This document shows positions 36,521-50,103 of a stretch of 64,000 bases of DNA, in pieces. The stretch's first letter is position 1; each line of letters starts with the position of its first letter. The position numbers were made by a program, and so were the translations under genes. The notes under the pieces were generated by a model. It worked only from the letters and a program-made list of their open reading frames with translations. It was not told the origin of the DNA and ran no database searches. Source of the DNA: Felis catus (lineage: Eukaryota); assembly GCF_018350175.1 (NCBI RefSeq), contig NC_058369.1, positions 24,926,001 to 24,990,000 of the forward strand. Reading direction: 5' to 3'.

Positions 36521-37544
36521 AGAACACAAAACTAACTTTATTTGAGACAGTCTTCATTCTGTTGCACATTTTTAATGACAGGAATTTAAAAATGCCCACA
36601 AACAATGGATTTTCCCCAAAGCTCATAACAAACACTGGCTCTCAGTGCTGTTCATTTGCAGCCTTGAAACATAGTGATTACGTGCTATTTCTAAGTCTGA
36701 GCAATTAATATGCTACCAGATGTATCATTATCTACAGCCTATTAAAATTCAGAAGGCTGCAAATTTGAAAAAGAGTGTGTCACACACAGGACAGAGGAGG
36801 CAGAGGCTCGGAGACCCGCTCAGCTCCCCACCTCACTTGAAGCTCATTTCAATCACAAAGTCGCAAGAGAGAAAATGAATAGACAATGGCAGTCGACTTA
36901 AAAGAGAAGAAGTAGGTACAAACCTGTGATCTGTTTGGTTTTGTAAAAAAAATGCTGGAGATTCAGTGGTAAGGGATGCAAATGAAAGTTTCCAGAGAAG
37001 ACAAAGGCAGTTTTGTGGTAAAAGAAAAATGTTATTTATTGTGGTAGAAAGGGGCGAAGTTCCCATGAGTCTTTCAGCTCAAGCCATCTAGAGATGGGAG
37101 GGCTCCTTTGGAAGGACCACATGGGGCCTAACCTGGCAAGAGTTCCCTGGAAAAGTTTCCCTAAGTACCCTCAGGGATCGAGGGAAAGTCTCCTTCACTG
37201 GCCAGGCGCTCCTGCTCCTCCTGCCCCACCATTTGGGGTCAGGCTCTGGGGTTGCTCCTGAATTTACAAAGCAGGGCTGCACAGAATGATGTCAGGGGCA
37301 GCAAAGCCTCCAGAACTGTTAGGAAATTGCATCCTGCGAGGTTCCCTACCTACACAGATTCTAGCAATTTTCTAGAAACAGAGAAGTCGTCCCATACCTG
37401 ACCCAGGTGTGACTCCTCTCTTCTGACTGTCAAATGGAGACAATGGGGAACCCCTAGGTGGGGAGGAGGAGACACCAAGAACCGTGGAGTCCCTCTGTTC
37501 CAGGTGCCGGTACACACACGCTCATCTGTATCAGACAACTCCAT

Positions 37545-37970
37545 CACCTCATTTTTTTAGAAGAGGAAGCAGGTATTCAGAGAAGTAAAGTGACTTGCCC
37601 TAAGTCATGCTCAGTAATTAATTGGCAGAGCTGAAATTCAAATTCAAATCTGACTTGAATGGCTTCCCTGCCACCCCCTACACTGGCTTCCCGGAAAACA
37701 CAACTTCTTCTTATATTGTAACAGCAACAGTACTGATGGTGGCTTCGTGCCAGGCTGTGACAAAGTGCTTTCTATGCATGGTTTCCTTGACTTCTCTTAA
37801 GTTAGGACTATTAGCAAACTCATTTTGCAAAGCAGGCAACTGAGGCTCAGAGGGGTTAAGAACCTTTCCTAAAGTCACACAGCCAGCGTACACAGTCAGT
37901 GGCAGAGCCAGGACTGAGCCCAAGGCTGCTCCTCAGTAAGATCTGCATTCTTAACCCCAGCACTGCTCAC
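37545..37970. mobile_element. Two tandem MIR fragments
   Basis: gaggaagcaggtattcagagaagtaaagtgacttgccc, followed by caactgaggctcagaggggttaagaacctttcctaaagtcacacagc. Confidence 0.72.
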
Positions 37971-40900
37971 TCCCTAAGCCCTGGGGGAACCCTGACCAAA
38001 ATAAACATGGTAGAGGCAGGACAATGGAGACTGAGGCAGGAAATGGAAAACTTGAAGCTGTTCATTCAACATCCGAGCCCTGTCCCTCTGGAATCAGGAG
38101 CCCCTCTTGGCTTCCCCCCAGCATCTTAGAGGCCCAGCCAGGTACACAGGTGCCCTGCTCATGTGCCCCTAGTGGGCACTGCCCTCTGTGAAGACCCACC
38201 TGGGGAATGGTGTTGTGAGCATCCAGCATCAGAGGGCTCACTGGAGGACCACCTCCTAGTACTGCCCCCCTCCCAGTCTGTGAGATTGCCTGCTTCCCCA
38301 TCCCTCTTTCTGCCGATTGACAGTCACTTGTCTGTATGTCAGGGTTTGGAATGACTCGGTCAAACTCAAGTACACGTTCCTTGAGGACAGAAAACATGCC
38401 TTTCTCTTTTGCACTCAGGAGAAATTATTGAGTAGAGTCTGGTCTCAATAAATATTTACTGACAATCCAAGAGCAATAGGGGTCATTTTTAGTTGTTCGG
38501 CTCTTCACCAAGTTGTATCCATCATGCTATGGAATTTCCCCACATTTATAACAAAGGATCTATTTATAATTAAAGTGCCCTGCTAATGAATAGGGCAGGA
38601 AGGACTCCCAAAGCAACCTAATCCTCCTCACCTGCCCCGGGTCTGTCTCTGCGGTTGGAGCTTGGTTAAGATTCCCAGATGATGCATGTCAGGTGGGAGC
38701 CAGCCTTTAGGAGGGATGACACATTCCTCATCTCCCATGACTGGGGCGCCTCTCTACCCTGAGCTCACACCCCACTCCCTGCTTGAAAGCCATTCTGGGA
38801 ACATCAGTAAACCATACGAGATTTTTTTTTTCATCCTGCCTGGCAGGAATGAACGTGAATCTTGCCAGTGTGCTTGGAACATCTTTTGTTTTTTTTAAAA
38901 AATAATGGCCAGTGCCAACTCGAATCCCTGGGAACTTGGGTGGGTATTTCCTACAAAGGAAAGAGTGACCTTCCAGCAGACCCCTTGATAGGGATGACCA
39001 GCCACAGCTTCCACTCAACTGATGCACACTGAAAATAGATGCTGCTGTTGTGGACCATTTGCTCTGTGGAAGCCCTCTGTGTGTTCATTTAATCTTCACA
39101 GTCCCCTTGGAAATTCTCACTTACAGAGGAGGAAACTGAGGCTCAGAGGATGAGTCACTGTCCAAGACCTCCTGGTCAACTTGAGATTCAAGCTTGGCTC
39201 AGTCCACCCCTCAAATCGAAGTTCCTAACCACTAGACTCTATGGCTGCCCCAACATAAAATACAATCTTGCCCAATCCTTCCCTGAGGGTGAGGGGGAAA
39301 AGGAAGAATATGGGTTAAATGATTTCAGCTGGAACTTTGGAACTTTGAAGCTTTGAAAAGAAAAAAAAGATTTGTGTTCTTAGGATAGAAATCCAATTTT
39401 TGTTTTTAATTTGCTAACATCTAGTCCAGGATAATTTTCTATGACACATTAAAGCCCATCTTTATCTGTTTAAAAATCTTAATATCTGAAATCTGGGTCC
39501 TATGCTCAAAGTCCAAATTTAAGATTTAGTCTTTAAGCAGCTATACTCTAGCTCAGGAACCTATTGCTGCAGAAGGGCTCTCAGAACACACTGAATGCAC
39601 CATTTCCAAACTCTTGGTACCACTGTGACGATTTTTTAGCCAATGTATATACCGCGTGAACTACTACATATGTAACGTTTCCTTAAATTACTTATTTTTT
39701 ACTTAAGTAAACATTTTATAAAAATAAATGCTATCAGTGCACCTGCCATAAATAGAAACTAACTTTAAAAAATGAACCCAATTGTTAAATTCTTGTTAGA
39801 TACTGTTGCCTGCCTGAAGCTTCTAAGACTGAGGCTTGAGCTTTGTTAAAAGGAGGAATTAACAAGTGATAGAAAGGTGTTAAAGACACACTAGCTCTAA
39901 ACTAAGACTTTCTCTGCAGCATGATCAGAAGGATCAGAAGAATAAGAAGAGAACTGAAAAAGAGAAAATGAGTCAAAATTATTATTTTGTGTCTCGTCTC
40001 TGTATCCCCTTGTTCCTGTATCATTTGGGCGACCACAAATGGTAGGAAACCCACCTTCTGGGAAAAAAAATATCTAAGCCAGTCTTCTCATTCCAGAAAC
40101 AAAGACTCTGAGGTCTTCTCTGAGCCTCTACTTGTGTCCTGTCTCCAGCTAGTAGGGAGGCTCTTGTAAGAACCAGCTTAGAAATAAATGCTGCGAAAGA
40201 AATTCAGATTTAAGCATTTAGGAGTCCTTCAAAGCAAGTCCCCATTCCTTGATGCTGAGCCAGAGCAAAGTTCACTCTCCTCAGTCCTTAGAGCCTGGGC
40301 ACACAGCATTCAGAAACTGACAAGAGAAAACAAGTCCTCTTTTCGGATGTGCTGTCTTTCAAAACCGTCCAATTTAAGCTACTATCAAACAGCTGAGGTG
40401 GAAGGAGATGGCTTTGCACCATGCGCCTGTGGCCAACACTTAAGTTACCATCAACTTTTTTGCCTTTTGCAAATAGTCTGTTTCCTTCTTCACCATGGTT
40501 TCAGACCCCTTCTGCAAGACCACACCCAGAAGCACCCAAGGCAACCACCAACCAGCAAGGGGGATGGTTGAAGGTGTGTGAGAACGAACAAGACCAAAAA
40601 CCTAACAGGATACTAACGAGCCACCGGCACCCCTCCCCACACAAGAATAGTCAAACACAAGAATAGTCTTCACCAGTGACCTTTAATTATCTTCTCTGTA
40701 TTTGCCTGGGGTCGTTCTTGACATGCCTGCGTCACTTAGGGATTATGAAATGTTAGCATTTCAATGTAAGATAACACACTTGAGAGGGACTCTAGCACTG
40801 ACCTTGTGTTGGAGCCAGAAAGCACACAGAGAGAAGGCTTCTATCACTTGTCCCCTTTTGGGCCGTCAGGCCTGTAGATCTATCTCTTTCCACCCACTGG

Positions 40901-41262
40901 CTGCTTCCCTCTTCCCTTCTGTGGCTTCTTCCTCCAGGAAGACTCCAGACTTCCAAATCTGACAATGGTGGCACCTGCTAAACATTTTTTATGTATTTTC
41001 CAAGGTCCTGACACAGGCTCTTAGTTTTATTTCATTCAGGTTGCCAACTTCTCTTGGTATCTACGGAAACCGTCCCCTCGGGGGAAGTGCTCTATTTCTC
41101 CTTACCATTTAATTAGCACCTCTGCTGCAAACATTAGATCTGCAGAGCTCAGGCAGACATCTTTTTAAGGGATGTCCTCTACACGTACAGAAGTTTCTGT
41201 TTAGCCATTTTTTGTGGGCTTCTTGTTTCACAGCAATCTCACATTAAATATAAAGTAAGCTT

Positions 41263-41478
41263 GGGGTGCCTGGGTGTCTCAATAGGTTGAGCGTCTGACT
41301 TCGGCTCAGGTCACGATCTCACGGCTCGTGAGTTCAAGCCCTGCGTTGGGCTCTGAGCTGACGGCTCGGAACCTGGAGCCTGCTTCCGATTCTGTGTCTC
41401 CCTCTCTCTCTGCCCCTAACGCACTCGCATTCTGTCTCTGTCTCTCTCAAAAATAAATAAACATTAAAAATTTTTTTT
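41263..41478 (+). mobile_element. CAN SINE
   Basis: ggggtgcctgggtg head. TSD aatataaagta(a/g)gctt. Confidence 0.94.
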
Positions 41479-42460
41479 TAATATAAAGTAGGCTTTGCAC
41501 TTGAATCTGGAGTGCAGGCCAAGGGATGGGTCCACCAGCCCACTGGCTCCCAGGTGAGGTCACCGCATGCAGTGTTCTTTAATGGACTTCACTTTGAAAA
41601 CCCCCCAAATAGTGCTGCTTACCACCAACCTCATTCAGGAACATGACTGGGTTAAGCCAACACTGCAGTGTGCCAACAGGTCAAGGCTGGACAAGGAGGC
41701 GACAATATTTTGGACCTGCCTCCTCATCTCTCTGAATCTCTTGTTTCTTCAGTTGACAAACAAAAAGCACAGTCCTTGCCTTGCTCAGCTCCCTCAGCCA
41801 GTGCAAGGTTCAAAGGAGACAGTGCAAGTGAAAACCCCTGACTGCTATCTGAACACAGGGCAGCACTGCTGTGGATTTAGTAAGCGCAATGAGAGAGGGA
41901 GGGAGAGGGTGTGCCGACTGAACCTCCCTTCCCCGACTTCTCTACATCTCATGCACATATGTACACATTTAAATTGGTTACATCATGTGTGTCATTATGC
42001 TCATGCTTTTTCCTTTTTATGTTTTACAAGAACATTAAGGTATTTCTGTTAGCTAGTGTGTAATGGCTCAAATGCCATCGATCCCTGTGCCAGAGGCCAC
42101 GGTACATGGAGCCATTCTCTCATTATAGGTCGGTTCGTTGGCTTTTCTGTTAGAAACAAGTAGGGAAGGATACTAAACTGAAGTCAGACAACCGACTTCA
42201 AGCTTCAGTTCTTCCATGACCAGCTGTGTGATCTTAGGAAAATTATTGAATCTCTCCGATTCTTGGGATCCTCATCTTTAAAACGGGGATAATTATACTC
42301 CAGTGAGGAAAAGACTATAAAAATGCTTTGAAACCTATAAAATGCACAAGCATATAACATGACAATTATTGCAAATAATATCATTATGAACAGCTTTGAA
42401 TAGTATTTTCCTCCCTAAGAGCTGGAATACTGGGTCCAGAGATTTAAACATTTTCTGTGT

Positions 42461-42702
42461 TTTATTTTATTTTATTTTATTTTATTTTATTTTATTTTAT
42501 TTTATTTTATTTTGTTGTTTTTTAAAGTTTATTTATTTTGAGAGAGAGAGACAAAGAGAGCACGCATGCTGGGGAGGGACAGAGAGGGAGACTGAGAGAG
42601 AATCTCAAGCGGTCTCCAATGTGGGGCTCAAACCCATAAGCTGAGATCATGACCTGAACTGAAAAAGTCAGACGCTTAGCCAACTGAGCCACCCAAGTAC
42701 CT
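42461..42702 (-). mobile_element. Internally shortened CAN SINE with a (TTTTA)n tail microsatellite
   Basis: Reverse-complement head ...caactgagccacccaagtacc and about 10 TTTTA units. Confidence 0.85.
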
Positions 42703-44739
42703 TTTTTTGTGTGTTAATATATACTGACAAGTCCCCTCATTACCCCAAAGAAGTGTGTTATTCCTTGCAACATCCCCAGGACTGGGTTCTATCATGTCTT
42801 TAAAATATTTGTGACACCAATTAGGTATGAAACAGCACCTTATTATTGTACTTGCCTTTTGCACTTCTATAATTTCTATTAGAGTGAACATTTTAAATAA
42901 TGTTTACTTTCACAGTTCCTTGTGCATGAATTATTAGTGTCTTTTTGTTCATTTATCAAAGGACATCTTGGAGGGTTCTTTTACATTTGTATAAATTACT
43001 TATATGACAAAGACATTAATCTTCAGTCTGTCATCTCTATTTCAAAAGTCTTTTTCAATGTATTAGTCTACTTCTCTTGTCTAAGGAAGCACATTAAACA
43101 TAACAGAAATCTTGTTTGTTGATATAGCACTATATAGTATGTCTCTGGGCTGATCAATACTCAAGATTTCCAGGCATCCTGAGGATGTCTGGTGGAAACA
43201 AGCAAGGAAGAGAAAGAGATTGGACAGTAAGTCCCATTTGGAAAAGTTACAGGAACCAGGATGTCTAGCCAAGAGAAACAAGCACCTGGGGGAAGAGAGA
43301 GAGAGAGTGTGTGTGTGTGTGTATACATGCATACATATGCATGTGTGTGTGCAGAGTGGGAGTAGATGGGGAGAGAGAACAAATATTTAAGGAGATAACA
43401 CATGAGAAAATATTCCTGTATATTATTCAGTTGCAGAAAGCAATGTTATAATTAAGACGGGATTTTTTCATGATCCACACTGAACAAAGATGGAGTGTAC
43501 AGGCTCATAAGGTAATGAGCTCTCTGTCTCTGGAGATGTTTAAACAGAGACTGAATGGCCCCAGCACTGGGCTCCATGTTCTCAACAGGCCTTTCCCACT
43601 CTAAGGTTCTCGAATGCAATGACCCTGGGTCATTTCCTGAAGGCTAGTTTTGTTTGTGTTTCATAAATCCCCGGAAAAAAAAAAAGAGCCTGTTTTGCTA
43701 CTCCTTACCTCTTCATCTTAAGAGCCAGAGGAGGAAAAAAAAAAAGTCCAGTGACTTTACCGTTAAGGTTTCTGGTTCTGCTCCAATTAACTGAAGTTTA
43801 GTAATAATCGGGGCTGCCTTCTCACAAAAGAATACAATGGCTCAAACACAGAAGGTCTAGACACAAGTGTTTCTAGACTTAAAAAGAACCCTCCTTTCCC
43901 AGCCAGATGAAGGTTCAGACGCCTTTCTTGATTAACGTGTGACATAGCCTCTTTTAAGCTAATAAACAGTGTCAATTCATTAAAAATGAAAGGCATTAGA
44001 AACCACTGGCCTTCATTCTTGACAGTCCATGAGCCAAGATGAAAATACATGGCAATGCAGTTACAGCAATTTCCTCATTTTGTGTGTGACCTGTACACAT
44101 TACCAATGCTGACAAATTATGGAAGGCAATTGCATGCATACATCACAAATGAAGTAGCTCTTCTAGATATACGCATGCCATTAATAACAATTACATGTGC
44201 ACCGGGCTTTGCAAAAATTAGGATATGGTCAGTAATTTATTTTCATTCAGTTGTTAGGAAAACAGTGGCAACAGTCCAGGATTTTATAGGCAGTTTCAGA
44301 GTGTCTTGAGAAAATGACACAATTTGCAAGTATCCAGATGGCAGTCAGGGCCTTCCAGTTACTTGGTTTAGGTGGAAGGCTGGTGGTTAACGCAGATAAG
44401 CAAAATGACTAATTGCAGAACTAACAGTGTCACCTCCACAGAGCTGAGCATGCGGAATTCTGCCAAAGACCAGCTCCTTGGTATTGAGAAACACAGAACG
44501 GAAGTTACCCAAACCCTCCCCAAATGGAGGCTTGCAAATTCCCGCTCCTTTGGGTTGTAGCCATTCTACGAAGTGAGCTGCCAGAAGCACTGAGTGATGG
44601 TGGGGTCTTCTATCCAGACACCCAGAAAAAGTAGGCTTTTGACTGTGAGGCTATTTGCTCCAGCAAGCAGGTTCATCCTTCATGTGTTATGTGGTGAGGA
44701 GACCAGTGATTTAGTCATTTGGACGCAACGTGATGTGGT

Positions 44740-45240
44740 TGGGAAAGTACAGCTTCGGGGCCAGACTGGGGTGTGAATCTTGGCTCTTCCACTTAGTAGC
44801 TTAGCCATCCTGGAAAGGCTACTACCCAGCTCCGGGTCACAGTTTCTTCTCCCAAAAGGGACCAGTACACCAACCTTATAGGAGTGTTGTGGGGATAAAG
44901 AGAAGACCTACAATGAGGCCCTGCTATCTGTAACACAACACTCAGAAAATTAGGATGGTGATCATTAATTAAAAATGTTTGAGGAATCTTTTCAAGGTGC
45001 AGAAGTCTCAATGATGATGATGCTATTTATTGGACATTTACTATACACGAAGCACTGGGCTAAGTGCTATACGTGAATCATCTCATTGACCCTCACTATG
45101 GTCCTAGAAGGTGGAATTATCATCAACCCCGTTTTAACACTGAGGAAAACAGGGCTTAGGGAGGCAGAGTAGCTTGTCCACGGTGATACCACTAGCAGGT
45201 GATGGCATTAGGACTCAGTCTAGAGTTGATACCCTAAACA
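44740..45240. mobile_element. Two MIR fragments in opposite orientation
   Basis: gtgaatcttggctcttccacttagtagc..., then tatttattggacatttactat...actgaggaaaacagggcttagg. Confidence 0.65.
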
Positions 45241-46400
45241 TACTCAAATGTACATGTGTAAAGTGAATATGCTTTTCTCCAATATATCTATTCCTAGTTC
45301 ATGTACATCCTATCCTGGAAGCCAAGACGCATCTGAACAAGCCTCAGAATCATGGCTGGATGACTATAACCAGATGCTACCAGCAAGCAACGGCCTTTAC
45401 CCCAGGTAACTCCATGTTACTCCCCTCCCAGCAAGATCTGAAGTCACATGATTCATGGAGTCTACTTGTTTAGTCACTTGAAGAACTACCAGGATTCTAA
45501 CTGCAATAACTCCTCAGAACTATTTCCATGCAGTTGGTTATATATACTATCAGTTCAACACTACACGATACAGATTCCAAGAAATGTATACATTACTGGA
45601 AACCATTTGACTTCTTTAGCTCTCCAGCTGGCATTTAAGGAGTTGAGCCCCAGGTGCATACAATTTTCAAGTCCACATGTGGACTGACTGGGGCATAAAT
45701 TATGGCAGGGGCATAGGGTTCACCTCAGTTCCATAAAGCACTCGTGATTATATACTTAAAAGAAAATATTTTAAAGCATTTTATATGTCTGTTAAGTATT
45801 CATTCCCCTCCCTCTTTCTTCACAGAGGTAAACACCCTTAGATGCCACAAGGTACACTGTATGAAATGCTGGACTAAACCCATCAGGAAACCTGGCATTG
45901 GCTCTCAGTTTAGCTGCCGATTTTCTTCATGGCTTTCTGTAAGTCACCTCCCCTCAGTGTCTTTATTCATAAAGTGAGGGAAAAAATATGTACTTTATGT
46001 TAACCCTACAACATGGCTTAGGTCTCAAGTGAGACACTAGATGTGGTACTTAGGAGAGGAATAGAGCTCCGTCATTTCTAGATACACGTCATTCCAAGAG
46101 TCACACAAATATACCGGCTGAATCAAAATCAGATCATATACTTTTGAGAGAAAGGCAATGATTACAAATTCTGCTAACTAAATCTGGCCTAATCCTGACC
46201 AACATCTGAAATAGTGCATCTTAAAACTCAAAGTGAGCTGTCCATCAAATTTTCAGATATATTCTTAGAAAGAAAATAACAGAAACATCTCTTTGTATTA
46301 TCATTAAAAATGAGATTGACCCCAAACTCTTAAAACCTTCTCACCAGGCTCCAGCATCCTTAGCCAACATATCCATTCATTTGAGCCACGTTTCCTTATA

Positions 46401-46620
46401 TTTTTAATGTTTGTTTATTTTTGAGAGAGAGAGAGAGAGAGAAAGAAACAGAGCACGAGCAGGGGAGGGGCAGAGAGAGGGAGACACAGAATTTGAAGCA
46501 GACTCCAGGCTCCAAGCTGTGTCAGCACAGAACCCGATGCGGGGCTTGAATTCATAAACCACAAGATCACGACCTGAGCTGAAGTTGGACACTTAACTGA
46601 CTGAGCCACCTAGGTGCCCC
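46401..46620 (-). mobile_element. CAN SINE (left member of a tandem pair)
   Basis: Full SINE body ending ...gagccacctaggtgcccc. Confidence 0.93.
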
Positions 46621-46639
46621 AGAGCCTTCTTTCTTTAAA

Positions 46640-46855
46640 AATTATTTTTTAACGTTTACTCATTTTTGAGAGACAGAGAGAGACAGAGTATGAGCGGGGA
46701 AGGGGCAGAGAAGGAGGCAGACACAAAATCTGAAGCAGGCCCCAGGCTCTGAGCTGTCAGCACAGAGCCCGATGAGGGGCTCAAACTCACGAACTGTGAG
46801 ATCATGACCTGAGCCGAAGTCCGATGCTCAACCGACTGAGCCACCCAGGCGCCCC
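46640..46855 (-). mobile_element. CAN SINE (right member of a tandem pair)
   Basis: Perfect 19-bp TSD agagccttctttctttaaa at 46621-46639 and 46856-46874. Confidence 0.94.
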
Positions 46856-48123
46856 AGAGCCTTCTTTCTTTAAACGCAAACTTCACCATATGGAAATGGT
46901 GCCTTTAAACGTACAATCAGTGTAATTCATTAAGAGCTAACCATTTTCCTTCTTGTGACTTGGTCAGGTGTTCAGAGGACCTAACATGCCTGGAAGGACC
47001 AGTCCCTCTTGGCATGGGAATAAGCGCCCAACAAATAAGAAAACAGATAAATTGAATGAAACTACATCAGTGATCAGAAGGAGCAAGCTTAACGATGCTT
47101 CTCTGGGAAAGTCTAGAGCCATGGACTAAAATGGACTAAGGTCCTTGGATTTCACAGTTAACGATTAGAGCAGGAAGATCTAGCTGGTTATGGGTATTAA
47201 AATTAAACACTTGCAACCCAACTCACATATCCATGCCATAAAGAAATACCAGATTAAGAAGCAGTATTGTATTAATATCATAATCCGTGCATAATACTTT
47301 TCATGTTTAAAATAAATATTTTTAAGAAAATATTTAAAGAAAATTAAATTTAAAAATATATCACCTTTTTCCTTTCACTGGAAACCATCGCCAAAATTTA
47401 AAAAATTACAAAGCATTTAAATCTTAAGTAGAAATTTTGTTATGATTTGAATTTAAGAGAATGTTTATTGTTGCAGATTTTCAACTCAAGTGTATGGTAT
47501 CAGATGCACACCACTGCACACCAGGCCTTTCCCCGTAAGGCTTTCCTTGAGTGGCTTTCCCCAGCATGCCTGCTGCAACCTCAGGAGCCATGCTAGAAGG
47601 CACTTGCCCATGCAGTGCTCCTCCCCACAGCAAATTCCAAAGGAATGGCCATTATATGTCCAAAGGGCACAGGTGCTTTGCTTCCTTTGAAGGTCAAAAA
47701 GCACTTTGGATAAGTCAGTTTTTCTCTTTATAACCACCTTATTTTTGGAAAAAATTTATCAATCTTAAAAAGTACTTTCATAGGAATTAACAGTCAATGC
47801 TTAGCTTATAAACATGTGTATAATCATGTTTTTCAACAGGCATACCAGGGTATGCTGTTCTTCAAACACTTACAAATACTGACGACACCTGCTGGCAGAA
47901 AATATGTTTTAGTTAGTTGCTTATGGAGAAGTAAGGCCTACAGGGGTTGACTTATCTTTTGCACGGATAATGAAACCAGAAAACTACCCCCTAAATTCAC
48001 TTTGGTTTCTTTTTCCAACTTTGCCTATCACCATTATCAGGAAATGAAGCTAGGAGGTGCACGTCACTGGACCCTTCTGCTTCAGGATGTATAGAGCATA
48101 CAAGATATTTCTGATTTAAACTA

Positions 48124-48150
48124 CACACACACACACACACACACACACAC
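48124..48150. repeat. (AC)n microsatellite
   Basis: About 13 units. Confidence 0.96.
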
Positions 48151-50007
48151 TCCTCAATGGTGATACCTGAAAAATATTTACCATTTTCAAAATTGTCCCT
48201 CTCCCATCCTTACTGCCATACCAGGATATCCCCCCAAAAGGAAAATAAGTCACATTTTAAAATCTGTATCTGGCTACCATGAAGAAAACTAATATTTGAC
48301 ATTTGGTGATACATGTCTTTCCTCACATTTGTGACATACAGATATATTTATATTCTAAGTATATGAAAAGGTCAAGCAGATGAGTTTTACCTAAGCTTTT
48401 TGCCAAACTGCTCAGAAAACATAGGACTAAGGGATGGCAAAAAGGGACTGGTTAGGGTCCACAGCTATTCTCACTATTCTTTCCTTTGATCCATTTCAAC
48501 TTATTAAACTTGGTTATGATTTGTGTCCTTGAAAAGGAGTTTGAGGGGGCACTAGCTTCACTGCTCTTATATTCATTAAATTATGAAGTTCCTATGGAAA
48601 AATCATTATATCTATTCCAAGCCTGAACAACCTGAACTGTATGCTGGTGCTATCTTGTCAAAACTTACATAAAAATTCAAACACCATTAAGGCCATCACA
48701 CTTCCACAGCTACTAGGAACAAAAACTCTTTGTGAAAATATACAACTGAGCTGGAGTGTGGGGTGGGGGTGGGGGTGAGAAGTTAGTTGTGCTCAGCTTA
48801 CAGAAAGCTGATTACAACTGAAGACTGTTTGGAGTCTTGTCAGCTTGGAGCAGCTCTTGTTAGAGGCAATGAATCTTTGATGCTGTCCTCCCAAACATAC
48901 ATAATTCAGTGAGCCAAGTGCACACAGCTAAGTAGACCCAAGGGTGGTGGGTAGGTAGAGAACCCTTAAGAATGCTGCGACAAGGTCGGATGCACATCTG
49001 TCTCCAGACTTTCCCCAGTCGTGGTTGGGCACAGTGATGATCTCTCAGATACACACATGAGCAGCAGTGATGAGCTGGGTCCCGTGGGTTCCACTATAGC
49101 TCAGCCACAGCAAAGCTGTGGTCTAATGGAAGCAACTATATTCCCTAAGAACCTTAAAGACAAAGAAGGATGCTTTCTTTTCCAGTTGAACCCAGCCTTT
49201 TGAGCTCTTTGCCAGAGATATAACACACAGAAGTAAATGGCAAGACTAAATACAAGCCAGGAGGACTCCTTCACATCATCCTTAAGGCACTGGAAAGTTC
49301 CCTTTCAGAAAGATAATTGTTTCTAGTGTTCCAAGACAGCTTTCCACTGCCCTCAAGGAGTTTAATTCATTTTCGGGCTCCACGTACAAGACACTTAGAC
49401 TATTCATTTAGCCCCCAGACTTCCAGCTGAATGACCCCAATGGCCACAGATGACAAGCAGAGGTGCCAGGTCCTGTCTTTGCTGCCAAACAACTGTGAGG
49501 TCAAGTCTGACAGGTGAGATGGCCCCCAAAGGCCTTCTCTTGCTTCCCAACCCAGGCAAGAGGAAGCCCAAGCTTGAAAGGTAGCTCTTGACTGACATCT
49601 GGGCCTAAGGATACAGTAAGAGAAAGTCCCTCTGTTGGGTCTAGACAGAAGACTGACAGTCTGAGAGCCCTGCAGGATGCGAGAGGCAAGGGTGAGGAGG
49701 CAGCTAGCTGCTCCCTGGCCAAGAGGAAGGGGGACAGGGATAGGGGAGGAGGCTCATGATGATCCACAGAGAAGGGGCAAAAAGGAGGCAGAGACAGAGT
49801 GAGACATGGAGGGAGACAGTGAGTGTGAGAAATGGGGAGAGGGAGGGGGATTCGCAGAAGCAGAGGGAGAGAAAGAAAGAGGAACACACCGAATGAAAGA
49901 TGCAGGCAGAGAGAGACTGATACAGAGAGGGAGCCGAGGGACTGAGAGATGGAGACAGACAGAGGGACTGCCAGATGGACCCAGAGAGGTCCAGGTGGAG
50001 ACCCTAC

Positions 50008-50103
50008 CTCGGCGTCCTTGACCGGACTGCTGGCTGGGGGTACCTCCAGGCTGCAGTTCGCCCTCTTGACCGTGAGGTAGAAGGGGTAATCCTTGGCCAC
50101 CAT
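50008..50103 (-). CDS. ARHGEF3: ARHGEF3 first coding exon of the short isoform (MVAKDYPFYLTVKRANCSLEVPPASSPVKDAE, 32 aa)
   Basis: ATG at 50103-50101 in the Kozak context GCAGCCACCATGG. The translation matches the recalled human ARHGEF3 N-terminus. The exon is 96 nt and ends at donor GAG|gtaggg, phase 0. Confidence 0.96.

Noticed and set aside
37148..37192. Two NF-kB-like motifs (ggaaaagtttccc and gggaaagtctcc)
   Set aside because: Both are imperfect matches with no supporting context and are expected by chance.
40639..40668. 14-bp direct duplication acacaagaatagtc
   Set aside because: An ordinary slippage-type microduplication with no apparent consequence.
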